From Squalus acanthias (lineage: Eukaryota): a stretch of DNA of 64,000 nt. Positions 38,061 through 50,925 of the stretch are shown in pieces. The stretch's first letter is position 1; each line of letters starts with the position of its first letter. The notes beneath the pieces were generated by a model that was not told where the DNA came from, made no database searches, and saw only the letters and a program-made list of their open reading frames with translations. A program made the translations under genes and the position numbers. The stretch covers positions 65,348,001 through 65,412,000 of the forward strand of contig CM059433.1 of assembly GCA_030390025.1 (NCBI GenBank). Reading direction: 5' to 3'.

Positions 38061-39814
38061 GGAAGTGGAAAATAATAAGTCCACCAATCTAGTAGGTTTC
38101 AGGTTGTAATGAGGAACAAATTCTTGCCCTGAGAGTTGTATATATTTATACATAGGATGTTTTCTTAAGATGGAATCCAAGCACTCGTGGAAGATTGTAA
38201 TAGCCACCAGAGATGATCTATCTGCATCAGAGCCCCCAGTAAGCTTTGATCCAGAATTAATGAAATTGCATGTTCTTAGAAGGAGACAGGGTATTTTAGA
38301 AACTAATTCAGTGAGCTGCCATACAGATGAAGGTGTTGTTAGTAACTGGTATGTTTGAGGTCCAGCATTGCTAAGCAAATGGAGATTGTTTATGAAGTGT
38401 GAGGTAGGATTGGCATCCCTGTCACAGATAAGACACCCATGTTGTTTGGGTGGCTAATTCATTAAAGAAAGAGAACCCAAGGAGCCTCTGGTGGTCTTCA
38501 ACCTTTACAAGTGTGTGAAAATCAACAGCAGAGATTGTATTACCAACAATGTGCTGAAAGAGACTGCAAGAAGTGGCTTCCTGAATAGGGTACATTAACA
38601 CCTGGTAGGCTGCTTCCAGTTCTATTGTTAAGTATTGCGCCATTTAGTATCTCAATATGACTTACTGTTTCTGTAGTTATTTCTGATCATGTAGTTTAGC
38701 TTGAGTGCAGTGGCTGTGGCAGTTTATCTTTTTGCCTTCTGAGGCGACGGGAGAATGTTGTGGGCATCCCCATATTTTCCAGTAAGCAAGTTACTGCAAA
38801 TTACTACCATACATCTGGAATTCTCCCTCAAAAGGTTGTGGATGCTGGAACAATTGGAGCTTTCAAGACTCAGATCGATAGATTTTTGTTAGGTAAGGGT
38901 ATCAAGGGATATGGATTACAGGCGGGTAAATGGAGTTGAGGTACAGAATGGCAAAGCAGGCTCGAGGGACTAAATGACCTAATCCTGTTCCTATATTCCT
39001 ATGTGGTTTTATATTTAGATAAGCCTGCCCTTCAGTTTCTTATATCCCACAGAGAAGTTATATCATCTGCTGTCCCCAGTCAGACGGTAAAGATTTGTTT
39101 AATAATATGTCCTGTCAGGTTATATTTATTCTTTGGCTGAAAATGGCCCGAAGTTATTGCACTAAACAGTCGTCTTTATTTAGAGCAGATATCTGACAAC
39201 ACAGCGGCTATAAAACTGGTGCATACAGGAAAAAGCAAACAAAACCTATCAAGGACATGAAAGAAAAATGCATGGAAAAGCTCCATTCCGTAAAGGATTA
39301 GATTGATTATCTGGTAGCATGTACCCTCAATAACACTCTGCGGACATTCATTTGGGAAAAATAATCTGCTTCTTTATTTGGCTACTATGAACCTTGTCCC
39401 CCATCCCCTCCTAAAAAGTCAACTTTTACCTAAAATGACCTAACACTGATTGTTTTGACAATACACCTTCACAGAAACTACAGCCTTGTTTTGAAAAGAC
39501 ATAAATGAACTTTGATATGGAAAGAAAACTGACTAATCTTGAGATCCTAGTATTTTGCACAGCATGACCTCCTGAAAACTCAGAGCATTTCTTAGCTTTA
39601 AAGACCAAAGAAAAAGCATGTTTCTATCTCAGGTGGTATACTGGTCAGAGTATGAAAATCAGGCATGTCTATCAAAAAGATCTTTCAGTTTAGTGCCGAG
39701 GTTTTTGCGGACAGCTATCTCACCCGACTTAAACCTGAATAATTTGCACTCCTCTCTGAACAGCATCAACCTATAGTCCTGTTTGCTCTGCTCTTGCTAT
39801 TTTTTCACTCTTAT

Positions 39815-40595
39815 ACAATTACTTGCATTGCCTTTACCATAGAAAAATATCCCAAAGCAGTTCCTGGAGGCACAATCAGACAAAAATGGACAGCAAGGCA
39901 AAGGAAGAGATATTAGGAGGGGGTGACCAAAAGCTTAGTGAAAGAGGTTGGTTTTAGGGAGGGTCTAAAGGAGAAGGAGGTGGTAGACAAGCGGAGAGGT
40001 TTAGGGACGGCGAATGTTTCAGCGGCAAATTGACTGAGGCAAAGGTGGAGCTGGGTGATGTTACAGAAATGGACATAGGTGTTCTTTGTAATGCAGAGTG
40101 TATGGGGTTGGAACCTCTAATCGGGGTCCAATAGGAGGCAGAGATTGAGAACAATCTGGTTCAGTCTGAGTAAATGGATGGAATCAGAAGCATAGGTATG
40201 GAGTTTGTGGCGGAGGCTGAAGACAATGGCTTCAGTCTTCACAATATTTAATTGGAGGAAATTGAGGCTCATCCAGGACTGTGTATTGGGCAAGCAGTCT
40301 GACAACACAAAGGCAGTGGAGGAGTCAAGATGGGTGGTAGAGAGATAGATCTGGGTGTCATCGTGTGGAAGCCGACCCCATGTTTGCGGATGATATCACC
40401 AAGTGGCAGCATATAGAGGGGGCCAAAGACAGATCCTTGGGAGACTTTGGAGTTAATGATGCGTGGTGGGAAGAGAAGCCATTACTGGAGATGCACAGGC
40501 TATGATTGGATAGGTAAGATGGAACTAAGCAAGGGCAATCCCACTGAGCTGTACAATGGAGGAAAGGCATAGGAGGAGGATGGTGTGGCCAATTG
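39815..40595 (-). mobile_element. Degraded L2 fragment
   Basis: [20 protein letters not shown]; L2 3' tail. Confidence 0.75.
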
Positions 40596-42159
40596 TTTGT
40601 GATATCCCTTGATTAAAATATGTGTAAGCCAAATGTAACTCATTGGGAATTTTAATAAAATAACTTCCAGAACTTAGTGCCATTATTAAGAGCCTCTTCA
40701 TAATTATCACCTCTAGGAGTAAAACTGATTAATGTTGAATTAGGAAACAGAGCAATTATGCTTGCACGGTTACAGCTTTGGTTGTTTACAGCTAATACAT
40801 TAAGAGCCCCTTCCCCACCAAAGAAATGCCACATCCTCTTAAGGAGAACTTATTCATCAAAATAGATGATTGGTTATCCTTACAGGTTTTTTGTCTTTGC
40901 AGTTTATATATATCTTTAGTACCTTACCAAATATCAAATTAATCTAACAAGCATGTACTTGTCACAGCTCACAAGCCATCCCATTTTTATGAGAAAGAAA
41001 ACTGCTGTCATTGTAGCCATCTCACTCTTGCAGAAAAGCAATCCCTGTCTCCAATCAATCTTAGTTGCTGCCCTGGAACTAACTGTACAAATATGGGGGA
41101 CATCTTTCAACTGCCAGCCACCTGTTTCTCATCTGAAAAATGTGATGCCAGTATTAAAAATCAGGGTGCTCCTCGGCCACCAATTGGACGCCCAAGGCCC
41201 ACCTGATGCAATTTTCTGGCGGGCCTGTAAATGGGCAAACAGCACACCGGCTGTTTTGGGCAGGAGGCTGCTTAAATATGCAAATCGGGGTCCTACACTG
41301 GTTAGGATCTTGACTGTAATTTTGAAATACGAATGGGCGAGGCTCCGCCCATTTGTGCCAGACAGTGAGCAGTCTAACCACATGTTCTAAAAGAGGCCAA
41401 CACTTTTGTTTAGCTTTTATTTTCGTGGGGCCAAGAGGAGCAGGAGTTCTGTGGCTCACTGCCGACCCATGATCACCCCCTACCCCCATCCCTTCCACAG
41501 GATCGAGCTGCTAGCCAGCTGAGTGTAGGAGTTGGTTCATCAGCGGTTCAAGAAGGCAGCCCACCAATAAATGCCATCAGCAAAACAGACCCCAAATATG
41601 AATTAAAAACTTGCTAATGCTGGCTATTAAATGTGTTTCAATCTCAGTTGCTAGATGGTTGATTATTATTAATATGTATTTATTGCTCCACTTATTTTTA
41701 TTTTTCAGAAGTTATTTTAGGTCCCGCTTATTTCCCAGCAAAAGGATGAATAAAGGCTAGTCTCAACTCTGGGCAAATGTAGTAGCTCTGTAACTGATGG
41801 CTCGGAGGCATGCGAGAGTGACACAGGGTGTCTCCTCTGACAAGTCTTTCTTTATAGGAAGAAAACAACTTGCCTCCATTTGAAGCTTCCCAATACCGGA
41901 CTTGAGAACCAAGTGGACAAGCAACTACATTAATTCTCTTTCTCGTATTTCATGACACTCCTACATGGGCTGCTGATTATAAACAATGGCCTGGGCCATC
42001 CATGACTTTGCATCCATATTTGCACATATACCCAGAAAAAATAATATTGCCCACTAGATATCAAATGCCCCTTTTACATTGTATAATCAATTCTGGTTGT
42101 GCAGTTCTGATGTAAGCTGGGGTTCCCACAATCTGCTTATTTATATTGCAGGGCAAATT

Positions 42160-43805
42160 ACAGAGCACTAATTCTTAAAGTGCATCCAGGAGAGCTTTTT
42201 GAGCCAGCATGTAGAAAGTCCTACAAGAGAGGGGGCGGTACTGGACCTAATTCTAGGGAATGTAGCCGGGCAAGTGGTAGAAGTGTCAGTAGGAGAGCAT
42301 TTTGGTGACAGTGACCATAATTCGGTGAGATTTAAGGTAGTCATGGAAAAGGACAAAGATGGACCGGAGATAAAGGTTCTAAATTGGGGGGAAGGCCGAT
42401 CTTAATATGATAAGGCAGGATCTGGCCAAAGTGGACTGGGATCAGCTACTTGTAGGAAAATCCACATCAGAGCAGTGGGAGTCTTTCAGAAAGGAAATAG
42501 AGAGAGTACAATGCCAACATGTTCCCGTAAAGGTCAAGGGTGGGACCAACAAGCCCAGGGAACCCTGGATGTCAAGGGATATACAAGAATGGATTAGGAA
42601 AAAAAGGGAGGCTTTTGGCAGATACAAAGGACTAAAAACAGTGGAAGCCCTAGAGGAGTATAGAAAGTGCAGGGGGGTACTTAAAAAAGAAATTAGGAGA
42701 GCGAAGAGGGGGCATAAAAAAATACTGGCGGGCAAAATAAAGGAAAATCCCAAGGTGTTTTATAAGTATATTAAGGGCAAGAGAATAACCAGGGAAAGAG
42801 TAGGGCCCATTAGGGACCAAAGTGGTAATCTGTGTGTAGAGCCGGAAGATGTGGGTGAGGTTTTAAATGAATATTTTGCATCTGTGTTCACTATGGAGAA
42901 GGATGATGTAGGCATAGAAATCAGGCAGGGGGATTGTGATATACTTGAACAAATTAGTATTTAGAGGGAGGTGGTACTATCGGTTTTAGCTGGCTTAAAA
43001 GTGGATAAATCCCCAGGCCCAGATGAGATGTATCCCAGACTGTGTGTGAGGCAAGGGAGGCTCTGACACAAATTTTCAGAACCTCTCTGGCCACAGGGGA
43101 GGTGCCAGAGGACTGGAGGACAGCTAACGTAGTACCATTATTCAAGAAGGGTAGTAGGGATAAACCAGGGAATTACAGGCCAGTGAGCCTAACATCAGTG
43201 GTAGGGAAATTATTGGAAAAAATTCTGAGGGACAGAATTAGTCTCCACTTGGAGTGGCAAGGATTAATCAAGGATAGTCAGCATGGCTTTGTCAGGGGGA
43301 GATCATGTCTAACCAATTTGATTGAATTTTGAGAGGGGGTGACTAGGTGTGTGGATGAGGGTAGTGCTTCAGCTATGAAGAGAGACTGGACAGGCTGGGG
43401 TTGTTTTCCTTAGAGCAGAGAAGGCTGAGAGGGGACCTGATTGAGGTGTAAAAATCATGAGGGGCATAGATAGGGTAGATAGAAAGGAACTTTTCCCCTT
43501 AGTAGAGGGGTCAATAACCAGGGGGCATAGTTTCAAGGTAAGGGGCAGGAGGTTTAGAGGGGGTTTGAGGAAAAACTTTTTCACCCAGAGGGTGGTTGGA
43601 ATCTGGAACTCACTGCCTGAAAGGGTGGTAGAGGCAGGAACCCTCACAACATTCAAGAAGCATTTAGATGAGCACTTGAAACGCCATAGCATACAAGGCT
43701 ACGGACCAAGTGCTGGAAAATGGGATTAGAATAGGTAGGGCTTGATGGCCGGCGCAGACACGATGGGCCGAAGGGCTTCTTTCTGTGCTGTATAACTCTA
43801 TGACA
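42160..43805 (+). mobile_element. CR1 with internal deletion (EN end and RT start joined to the 3' end at ~43366)
   Basis: SDHN and NYRPVSLTSVVGK, then a jump to the C-terminal ...GYGPSAGKWD. The 3' part is nearly identical to 7063-7420 in the opposite orientation. Confidence 0.88.
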
Positions 43806-44331
43806 CGAGTGGCAATGAAAAACAAGAGCACCTGTATGGTTGAGCTGTCAATCAACCTTTCCTGCTTCTGCTCCACTGTGATACTCCAATGGCTGCTAAA
43901 GCCATGCTAGAATCATAGAAATTTACAGCACAGGAGGAGGCCATTCGGCCCATCGTGTCTGAGCTGTCTGACAAAACTCTCGTTACCATTCACTTCTGTG
44001 ATGATACTTTGAATTTTCCCATTTGTTAAGCTGACTAATGCCAGAAGCTGGAGTAAAATAGTCACAATTTGATTGTGAAGCTGTGGAATGCTACACACAT
44101 TCTTAATTAATAACCTTAAAAAGCAAATAAATAAACTTGTTAAACTCACTTGCAGAGAGTTGGAATTTTCAGATCAGCACTGAGCACAAGCACACTTTCT
44201 AACAGTCTGACACCACTTTTTATTCACTCTACATTTTCAGTAAAATTAACAGAGAGAATAAAATATGCTCCCTAATTGTTCTAACAAACAAAAAATACTA
44301 CTGCACTGAATCAAAGGTGTTTCTTTAATAC

Positions 44332-44456
44332 CTGTCTGGAAATTTATCCTTTGCAGCATTTGTTCGGCTTTTCCGAGATTGACCACAAAATGGTCCATGT
44401 TTTCATATCCAGGCTCTGTTCTCTCCATCTGGGCAGCTTTTGAAGTATCGACAATT
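44332..44456 (-). CDS. trim54: MuRF/TRIM54 COS-box exon (125 nt; IVDTSKAAQMERTEPGYENMDHF...INFQT)
   Basis: ctctcttAG acceptor and G|GTATTA donor, phase 2/1. Contains the MuRF motif EPGYENMDHF. Confidence 0.9.
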
Positions 44457-44616
44457 CTAAGAGAGTCAGTGCATCAATAAAATATTATTACTGACAGGTT
44501 GACATGTACAGTGAAATCTGAAAATCAATAGGGACAGTAACCTTCATATCAATTTAACTGGAGCCAAAGTAAAGAATTTATCCATTTTGTTTAATGCAAT
44601 TTCCACTTAGAGATAT

Positions 44617-45379
44617 TGGCCCGTAATTTCCGATGCCTACGGGCGTGTATGAGCTGTGTACGCACCCGTAGGGACCTCGCAAATGCCGGTTTCAGGCATG
44701 CGACGCGCATGCGCTGAAAACCGGCATTTCCGATCTATCAAGAATCCTCTTGACAGATCGGACGCCTGCCCTGGAGAAGGGCCTCTGCGGGTGGAGAGTT
44801 CCGCTTTCTGCAGAACCTCCGCCTACTGAAATCACTTCAAAATCTTACGCCTGGTAAAAGCAGGCGTAAGGCCTGCTTTTACCAGCATAAGAGTTTAAAA
44901 AAGTAAAAAAACTATTTTTTTTCCACTCATTTATAATTTTTAAATACTTTTTAAAAAGGTAAGTTTATTTTTAGCCCCGTAAAAAACTTTAATTAATTTT
45001 TTTTTTAATTAAATTTTTGTTTAAAATATTTAATTTAATGTAATTTTAACTCATTTTAAAAACGTGATTGTTTTTTAAAAATGTATTTAATGTTTTGATG
45101 TCTTTTTTCAGTGATCCCCATTCATACTTTTGACACGTCTATCTGTCAAAAGTATGAAGGGGGATTCCCTTCTCCCATTGGCACGCCTGGCCCACGTGAT
45201 CCCAGGGACACTTGTGAACCGCATGCGCCCCTGGGATACGTGGGCCCTGCGCATTTCGAAGAGCAGAGGCTTAGGATTGGAAATGGCCGGACCTCGGGAG
45301 CCCTCAGGTAAGGGCGTAGATTTTTTCCCGATCGGAGGCATCCGCACGCAGGAAGCCTCCTATCGGAAATTACAGGCCA
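44617..45379. mobile_element. PIF/Harbinger-like MITE with CpG-rich ends and AT-rich core
   Basis: TIRs TGGCCCGTAATTTCCGAT / ATCGGAAATTACAGGCCA (1 mismatch). No coding capacity. Confidence 0.75.
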
Positions 45380-45941
45380 TCATGATTGAGTTGAGTTTGA
45401 ACTGATGGTTGCAATTAAAATTTTACTCACATGGTCGAGCATTTCTCAGCTATATTGTGGTTGACATTTAATTGCTTCCATTTCCACATAATGTCAATTT
45501 GATATTAAGATGGATGTTAGGAAAAGTAAGAAAACATACTTTAACCTAATTTTTAAATATATAAATTCTTACTATTGTCTGATCTTTTCAAAACCAAGCC
45601 ACATTAACAGCAATTGTGCAGTTTATTTTAGCAAGGAAATCTCTATAATCAAGTGGAAAACTGATTAGAATTTAAATATCATGTACCATTAGACAGCGCA
45701 CCAGAGATATTTTCTTGAGGTAGGATATACTGCTGGACAAATGTTTGAGAAAATAACCTTCTTAACCAGATTACTTTAGATCATGCAAAGCACTTGGTGC
45801 CCTGATCATGCAGATGAATCTCGATCTTTGAACACTTCTTTACAGTTATGAATTGATGCCTTCTTTTGAAAACTAGCAGAAATACTATTGCAGCACTGAT
45901 CTGGCATGGGCAGATAGTTAACTCAAACTTCAATATTTGTG

Positions 45942-46143
45942 AGAAGTCGCACAACACCAGGTTATAGTCCAACAGCTTTATTTGAAATCACAAGCTTTCG
46001 GAGCGCTGCTCCTTCGTCAGGTGAAGAAGGAGCAGCGCTCCGAAAGCTTGTGATTTCAAATAAAGCTGTTGGACTATAACCTGGTGTTGTGCGACTTCTC
46101 ACTTTTGTCCACCCCAGTCCAACACCGGCATCTCCACATCATG
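45942..46143. mobile_element. Penelope-like element 3' end with fold-back (77-bp perfect inverted repeat) and 13-bp TSD
   Basis: Arms 45939-46015 and 46026-46102. TSD TTCAATATTTGTG at 45929-45941 and 46144-46156. Confidence 0.85.
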
Positions 46144-47271
46144 TTCAATATTTGTGTACAATACCATAATTTTTTTGCCAATAATTTAATACAGATTTTG
46201 ACTGTTGGGAAATGATGGTTATGTCTGTGTGTTCTCAGTGTTTATTGTAATAGTCTAAAAGGGGGAAGCATTGTTCTTGTTTTATCTGTGTGTATTTTGC
46301 CAGTACTACACTTCCCTTTTAACATCGCTCACATAAAGTAGCTTCCATCTGAAAATGTGTGGGTGTGGAGAAAATTTGCTTGAAATTGTAATTTGGGTTT
46401 AGTTTTAATGCAAAAACTCTGAAGGGTATTTTTAAATTCTCATTCATGATTGTGAGCTGTTTCTTCCCTCTCCAGATGCAACTGGTTGCAGCATTGAAAA
46501 CTTTCTAAATGCATATTTCAATATGATTACGCTGGCATACCAAATGGTGCTTTATTCCATCAAGTCACAGAGCCAGGATGAATACAAGGACAATTGTCAT
46601 TGTCTGAAGGAAGAAAACCTGCTTCCCATCTACGAGGAACAATGCACACTCCTTGTCTATGAGAGGCAATGCACGCTCTCCATCTACGAGATGCCACGCA
46701 TGTTTCCTACCAGAGGCAAATTTCCTTTTTTTTTTAATTCGTTTATGGGTGTGAGCATCGCTGGCAAGGTCAGCATTTATTGCCCATCCCTAATTACCCT
46801 TGAGAAGGTGGTGGTGAGCCGCCTTCTTGAACCGCAGCAGTCCGTGTGGTGAAGGTACTCCCAGTGCTGTTGGGTAGGGAGTTCCAGGATTTTGACCCAG
46901 CGACGATGAAAGATCGATGATATACTTCCTATTATCATTAGTACTGTACTGAGACGTCTGCAACTCATTCATTCACTCTCAACTGAAAGAGGAGCTATGG
47001 AAGTGAGAGCGCGTGAAACTGAGTGCAAGATATAAAGAGAGAGAGAGAGAGGTGTGACAGAGTGAGCGAGTGCGTGAAGAGAGAGGAAGAGAGAGAATTT
47101 GCGTGACACAGTGTGCAAGAGAGAAGATTGGGGGTAATGACAGAAATTGGAGGGTATTTAAGGTGCCTCATTAATGAAGATCAGAGATTTTATCAAATAA
47201 ACCTTGCTGGTCAACAATTACAGCAGAAACAAAGATGTGTTTTTAATTGCACACTCTTAAAATTGACTTAC

Positions 47272-47294
47272 TTTTTAATCAGCTGCTTTGTATT
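47272..47294 (-). CDS. trim54: MuRF/TRIM54 23-nt micro-exon (NTKQLIK-K)
   Basis: ttcttctgttcacAG|AATACAAAGCAGCTGATTAAAAA|GTAAGT. Preserves frame between the flanking exons. Corresponds to QAKELINK / NAKTLLKK in MuRFs. Confidence 0.85.
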
Positions 47295-47401
47295 CTGTGA
47301 ACAGAAGAAATGCATAAAATGACCTGGATTGTAAATAAAAACAGAAAAATCCGCAACAGTACGATCCTTACAGAAATACAAAGAGCAAGCGATATGCAGA
47401 C

Positions 47402-47635
47402 CTGCAGGAACACTGCCATCTGGGGTTCCTCCATGGACTGCAGGGCTGTTTCTACCAGCTTGCTGGCTCCCTCCAGGTGATCTCCGTGCTGCCTCATCAG
47501 AGATCGCACATACTGCACTTTCTCCTCCTGTTCACGCGTAATAGACTGAAGCATTTCTTTTTTCCTCTCTTCCAGAATAGCATAGAGAGCATCAAATTTT
47601 TCACAAAGGAGTTGTTTTTGACTTCTGCTGTTGTC
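47402..47635 (-). CDS. trim54: MuRF/TRIM54 coiled-coil exon (234 nt; [10 protein letters not shown]...[10 protein letters not shown])
   Basis: tgcAG acceptor and GT donor, phase 0/0. Translation aligns from memory with TRIM54 DNSRRQKQLL...[29 protein letters not shown]. Synteny with UCN favours trim54 over trim55 or trim63. Confidence 0.9.
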
Positions 47636-47991
47636 CTGCAAACATATGAAAGTCTGTTAATGGCATGCTGAAAAATGGATACAAGGAACAGACTGGTGAA
47701 GTCAAAGTACAGACACAAGAGTATTGCAGTGGACAGAACTGGGTTTTAAATCAAAAGCTGCGTAAGTTACACTAACTCTTATGAAGTATTCCCTGCCCAA
47801 GGGAGGTGTTCAACCCCTGCCCCTCTGCTGCTGTGCAGCCAGCCCTTAAAAGGCATCCGAGAGCAGCTCTTCTTCCTCCCCTGATGAGGGCAGTCATAGG
47901 TAGAAGCCCATTTCTCAAACTGTCTTGCACAGAATACAGTAATGCTTATGCCACAAGGCTTGCAACAGAACCGGGGTCATTACAAACAAAT

Positions 47992-48165
47992 TTGGCCCTA
48001 AAACTCCACGGGGGTTCTCCTGGTCTCCCGCTATAGCTTTGACGGGAGACTGATGGACACCCCAGGAAAATGGCGTCGTTGGCCACTTCTCTGAGGGTTC
48101 TGCTGAGCTCCTGCCAAATTTACAGTGGGAAACCAGAAGAACATCTGGGGAATTTCAGGGCCAAA
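47992..48165. mobile_element. Short Harbinger-like MITE
   Basis: TIR-like ends TTGGCCCTAAAACTCC / GGAATTTCAGGGCCAA. Confidence 0.55.
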
Positions 48166-48534
48166 ATGTTTGACTATGAATATACAGGAGACACATTAGC
48201 AATGAATATTTGGCTCAAATATTTGGTACCAGTATTAAAGTGATAATTCAGCCGCCCCGATGGCAAATGTACTGCGCAGTGTTTATGGAGTCGTACAAAC
48301 CAGGAAAATCCGGTTTAGATCCCTGGTCTGTTCTGAGCTAGCTGCTTTCAGCGTAACAGTGATGGGTGGAGGGCTACAATTGGCCTCAGTGCCCCTAGGG
48401 TTAGGGAGAGAAAAATAATCAGCTTCTGATTGCTAGAAAATACGGAAGTGGACAGGATTGGGTTTAGCTGGGATGCACAGACAGCTGAACAGACTGCCAA
48501 CACTATCAAAGCTCACACATGAAGAATGGCCTCT

Positions 48535-48850
48535 GGCCTTGCACCTCCACTATCTGGGTTTAAATCCAACCTGGTCTGATGGGATGAAATTCTCCTCTAT
48601 ATGTTGGCTGTATGGGTGCTGTATGGATTGAGTTTGGACAGTCTGAATCAATTTCTAGTGAGCATGGGCACACAGCACGCTACTTCCCCTAATTCAGCAC
48701 TAATTGTTACTAGATTGCCAATCTTACTAAGTAAGAGTACAGAATGACTGCAGCTCAGAATGGAAAAAATAGCAGCATGGTGCAATAATGGCTACTCTTC
48801 AGAGGTTGGAACCGAGGCACCTTGTTGGGACGGATAAGAGGGAGCTTTAT
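48535..48850 (+). mobile_element. LF-SINE-like element
   Basis: Blocks resembling the LF-SINE consensus as I recall it: GCCTT.CACCTC, GGGTT.AAATCCA, GAGTT.G...AGTC..TTCTAGTG, GCACTAATTG, GAGGCAC.TTG. Not aligned computationally. Confidence 0.5.
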
Positions 48851-49679
48851 TCACCGTCTAACCTGCTGACCTGAGAGTGCCCTATGCTGAGGTTGCGTGC
48901 TCAGGATGAAATTGTTCCATTCCCCGGCACTAATGTCCTTTATCTCACAAAATTTCACACAAAAAAGAACAGCCACTTTTGTGAGGTACCTGAGACCTAG
49001 CTTCATGAGAGGAAAATTTGGAAGAACCACCAATTATAGCTTTTTTGGAAAGAATAATCAATACGTTTATTGGAACTGTTATCAAAAAGCATTGAACATC
49101 ACTCATGGGCAGATGCCATATTAGGTTCCTTTCTGCCGCAACCTGCCCCTGACCCACGGCTCAGTTGCCAGCACAGGTTCAGGCCCACCCAATTTGTTAC
49201 AATTAAACTACCAAACCAAAGCTTGCAATTCCTCAAATATCAGTTGCTGGCATATGCAGTGTGTAACAACACTGCTGTTCACCTTTGGGACCTGGCTTTA
49301 CATCCATTACAAATTCACAGGATAAAGGCTTCCTTCTCCATCAGTCTTTCAAATTAATATATTATGTCAAGAGTATAATATTTCAAACACAAAGTAAAAA
49401 CTCAACGCTAATCTCCACTGATGGGTGAGCTGGTAAATGCAACGTCCTGTGTGGTTCTGAGACACACAAACCAGGACGATTGCAAATTGAATTGCTGGTA
49501 TTTGCTGAGTCATACAATGTCCCTTCATCAAATAGTCTACTAGGTTTGCTTATGAAAAATGGCCAACATGGACGAGGTACTGGAGTGCTATAAATTCTCG
49601 TGGAACTATACGCTAGTGGCAAAAGTCCACATGCCACTGCACCTTCAGTGTAATGACTTGTTTTCACAAAGGTTGTAAC

Positions 49680-50925
49680 AAAGGTAAACTATCCCTCCTC
49701 GTCCTTCTCGACCTGTCTGCAGCCTTTGACACGGTTGACCACTCCATCCTCCTCCAACGTCTTTCCACTGTTGTCCAGCTGGGTGGGACTGCACTCGCCT
49801 AGTTCCATTCTTATCTATCTAATCATAGCCAGAGAATCCCTGCAATGGCTTCTAGCTCCCGCTCCCGCATCGTTACCTCTGGTGTCCCCCAAGGATCTAG
49901 CCTTAGCCCTCCTATTTCTCATCTACATACTGCTCCTCGGCGATATCATCCCAAAACACAGCGTCAGTTTCCACATGTACCCTGACGATGCCCAGCTCTA
50001 CCTCACCACCATGTCTCTCGACCCCTCCACTGTCTCTAAATTGTCAGACTGCTTTTCCGACATCCAGTACTGGATGAGTAGAAATTTCCTCCAATTAAAT
50101 ATTGGGAAGATCGAAGCCATTGTCTTCGGTCCCCACCACAAACTCCGTTCCCTAGCCACCGACTCCATCCCTCTCCATAGCATCTGTCTTAGGCTGAACC
50201 AGACTGTTCACAACCTTGATGTCATATTTGACCTTGAAATGAGCTTCCGACCACATATCCACACCATAACTAAGACCGCCTATTTCCACCTCGGTAACAT
50301 CGCCTGTCTCTGGCCCAGCCTCAGCTCACCTGCTGCTGAAACCCTCATCCATGCCTTTGTTACCTCTAGACTTGTCTACCCCAACGCACTCCTGGCTGGC
50401 CTCCAACATTCTACCCTACGTAAACTTGAGGTCATCCAAAACTCGGCTGCCCATGTCCTAACTCACCCATCACCCCTGTGCTCGCTGACCTACATTGGCA
50501 CCCGGTTAAGCAACACCTTGATTTTAAAGTGCTCATCCTTGTTTTCAAATCCCTCCATGGCTTCGCCCCTCCCTATCTCTGTAATCTCCTCCAGCCCCAC
50601 AACCTCCCGAGATATCTGCACTCCTCTAATTCTGCCCTCTTGAGCATCCCTGATTTTAATCGCTCAACCATTGGTGGCCGTGCCTTCAGCTGCCAAGCCC
50701 TAAAGCTCTGTAATTCCCTGCCTAAACCTCTCCGCCTCTCTACTCTCTTTCCTCCTTTAAGGCCCTCCTTAAAAATTACCTCTTTGACCAAGCTTTTGGT
50801 CATCTGTCCTATTTTCTCCTTATGTGACTCGGTGTCAAACTTTGTTTTATAACAGTCCTGTGACGCGCCTTGTGATGCTTTACTATGTTAAAGGTGCTAC
50901 AGAAATACAAGTTGATGATGTTGTC
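49680..50925 (+). mobile_element. L2-clade LINE 3' fragment
   Basis: [32 protein letters not shown]; tail ending ...ACAAGTTG. Confidence 0.88.

Noticed and set aside
46620-46700. Imperfect ~28-bp tandem repeat (also a 19-bp duplication at ~16984-17022)
   Set aside because: Short degenerate slippage products with no supportable function.
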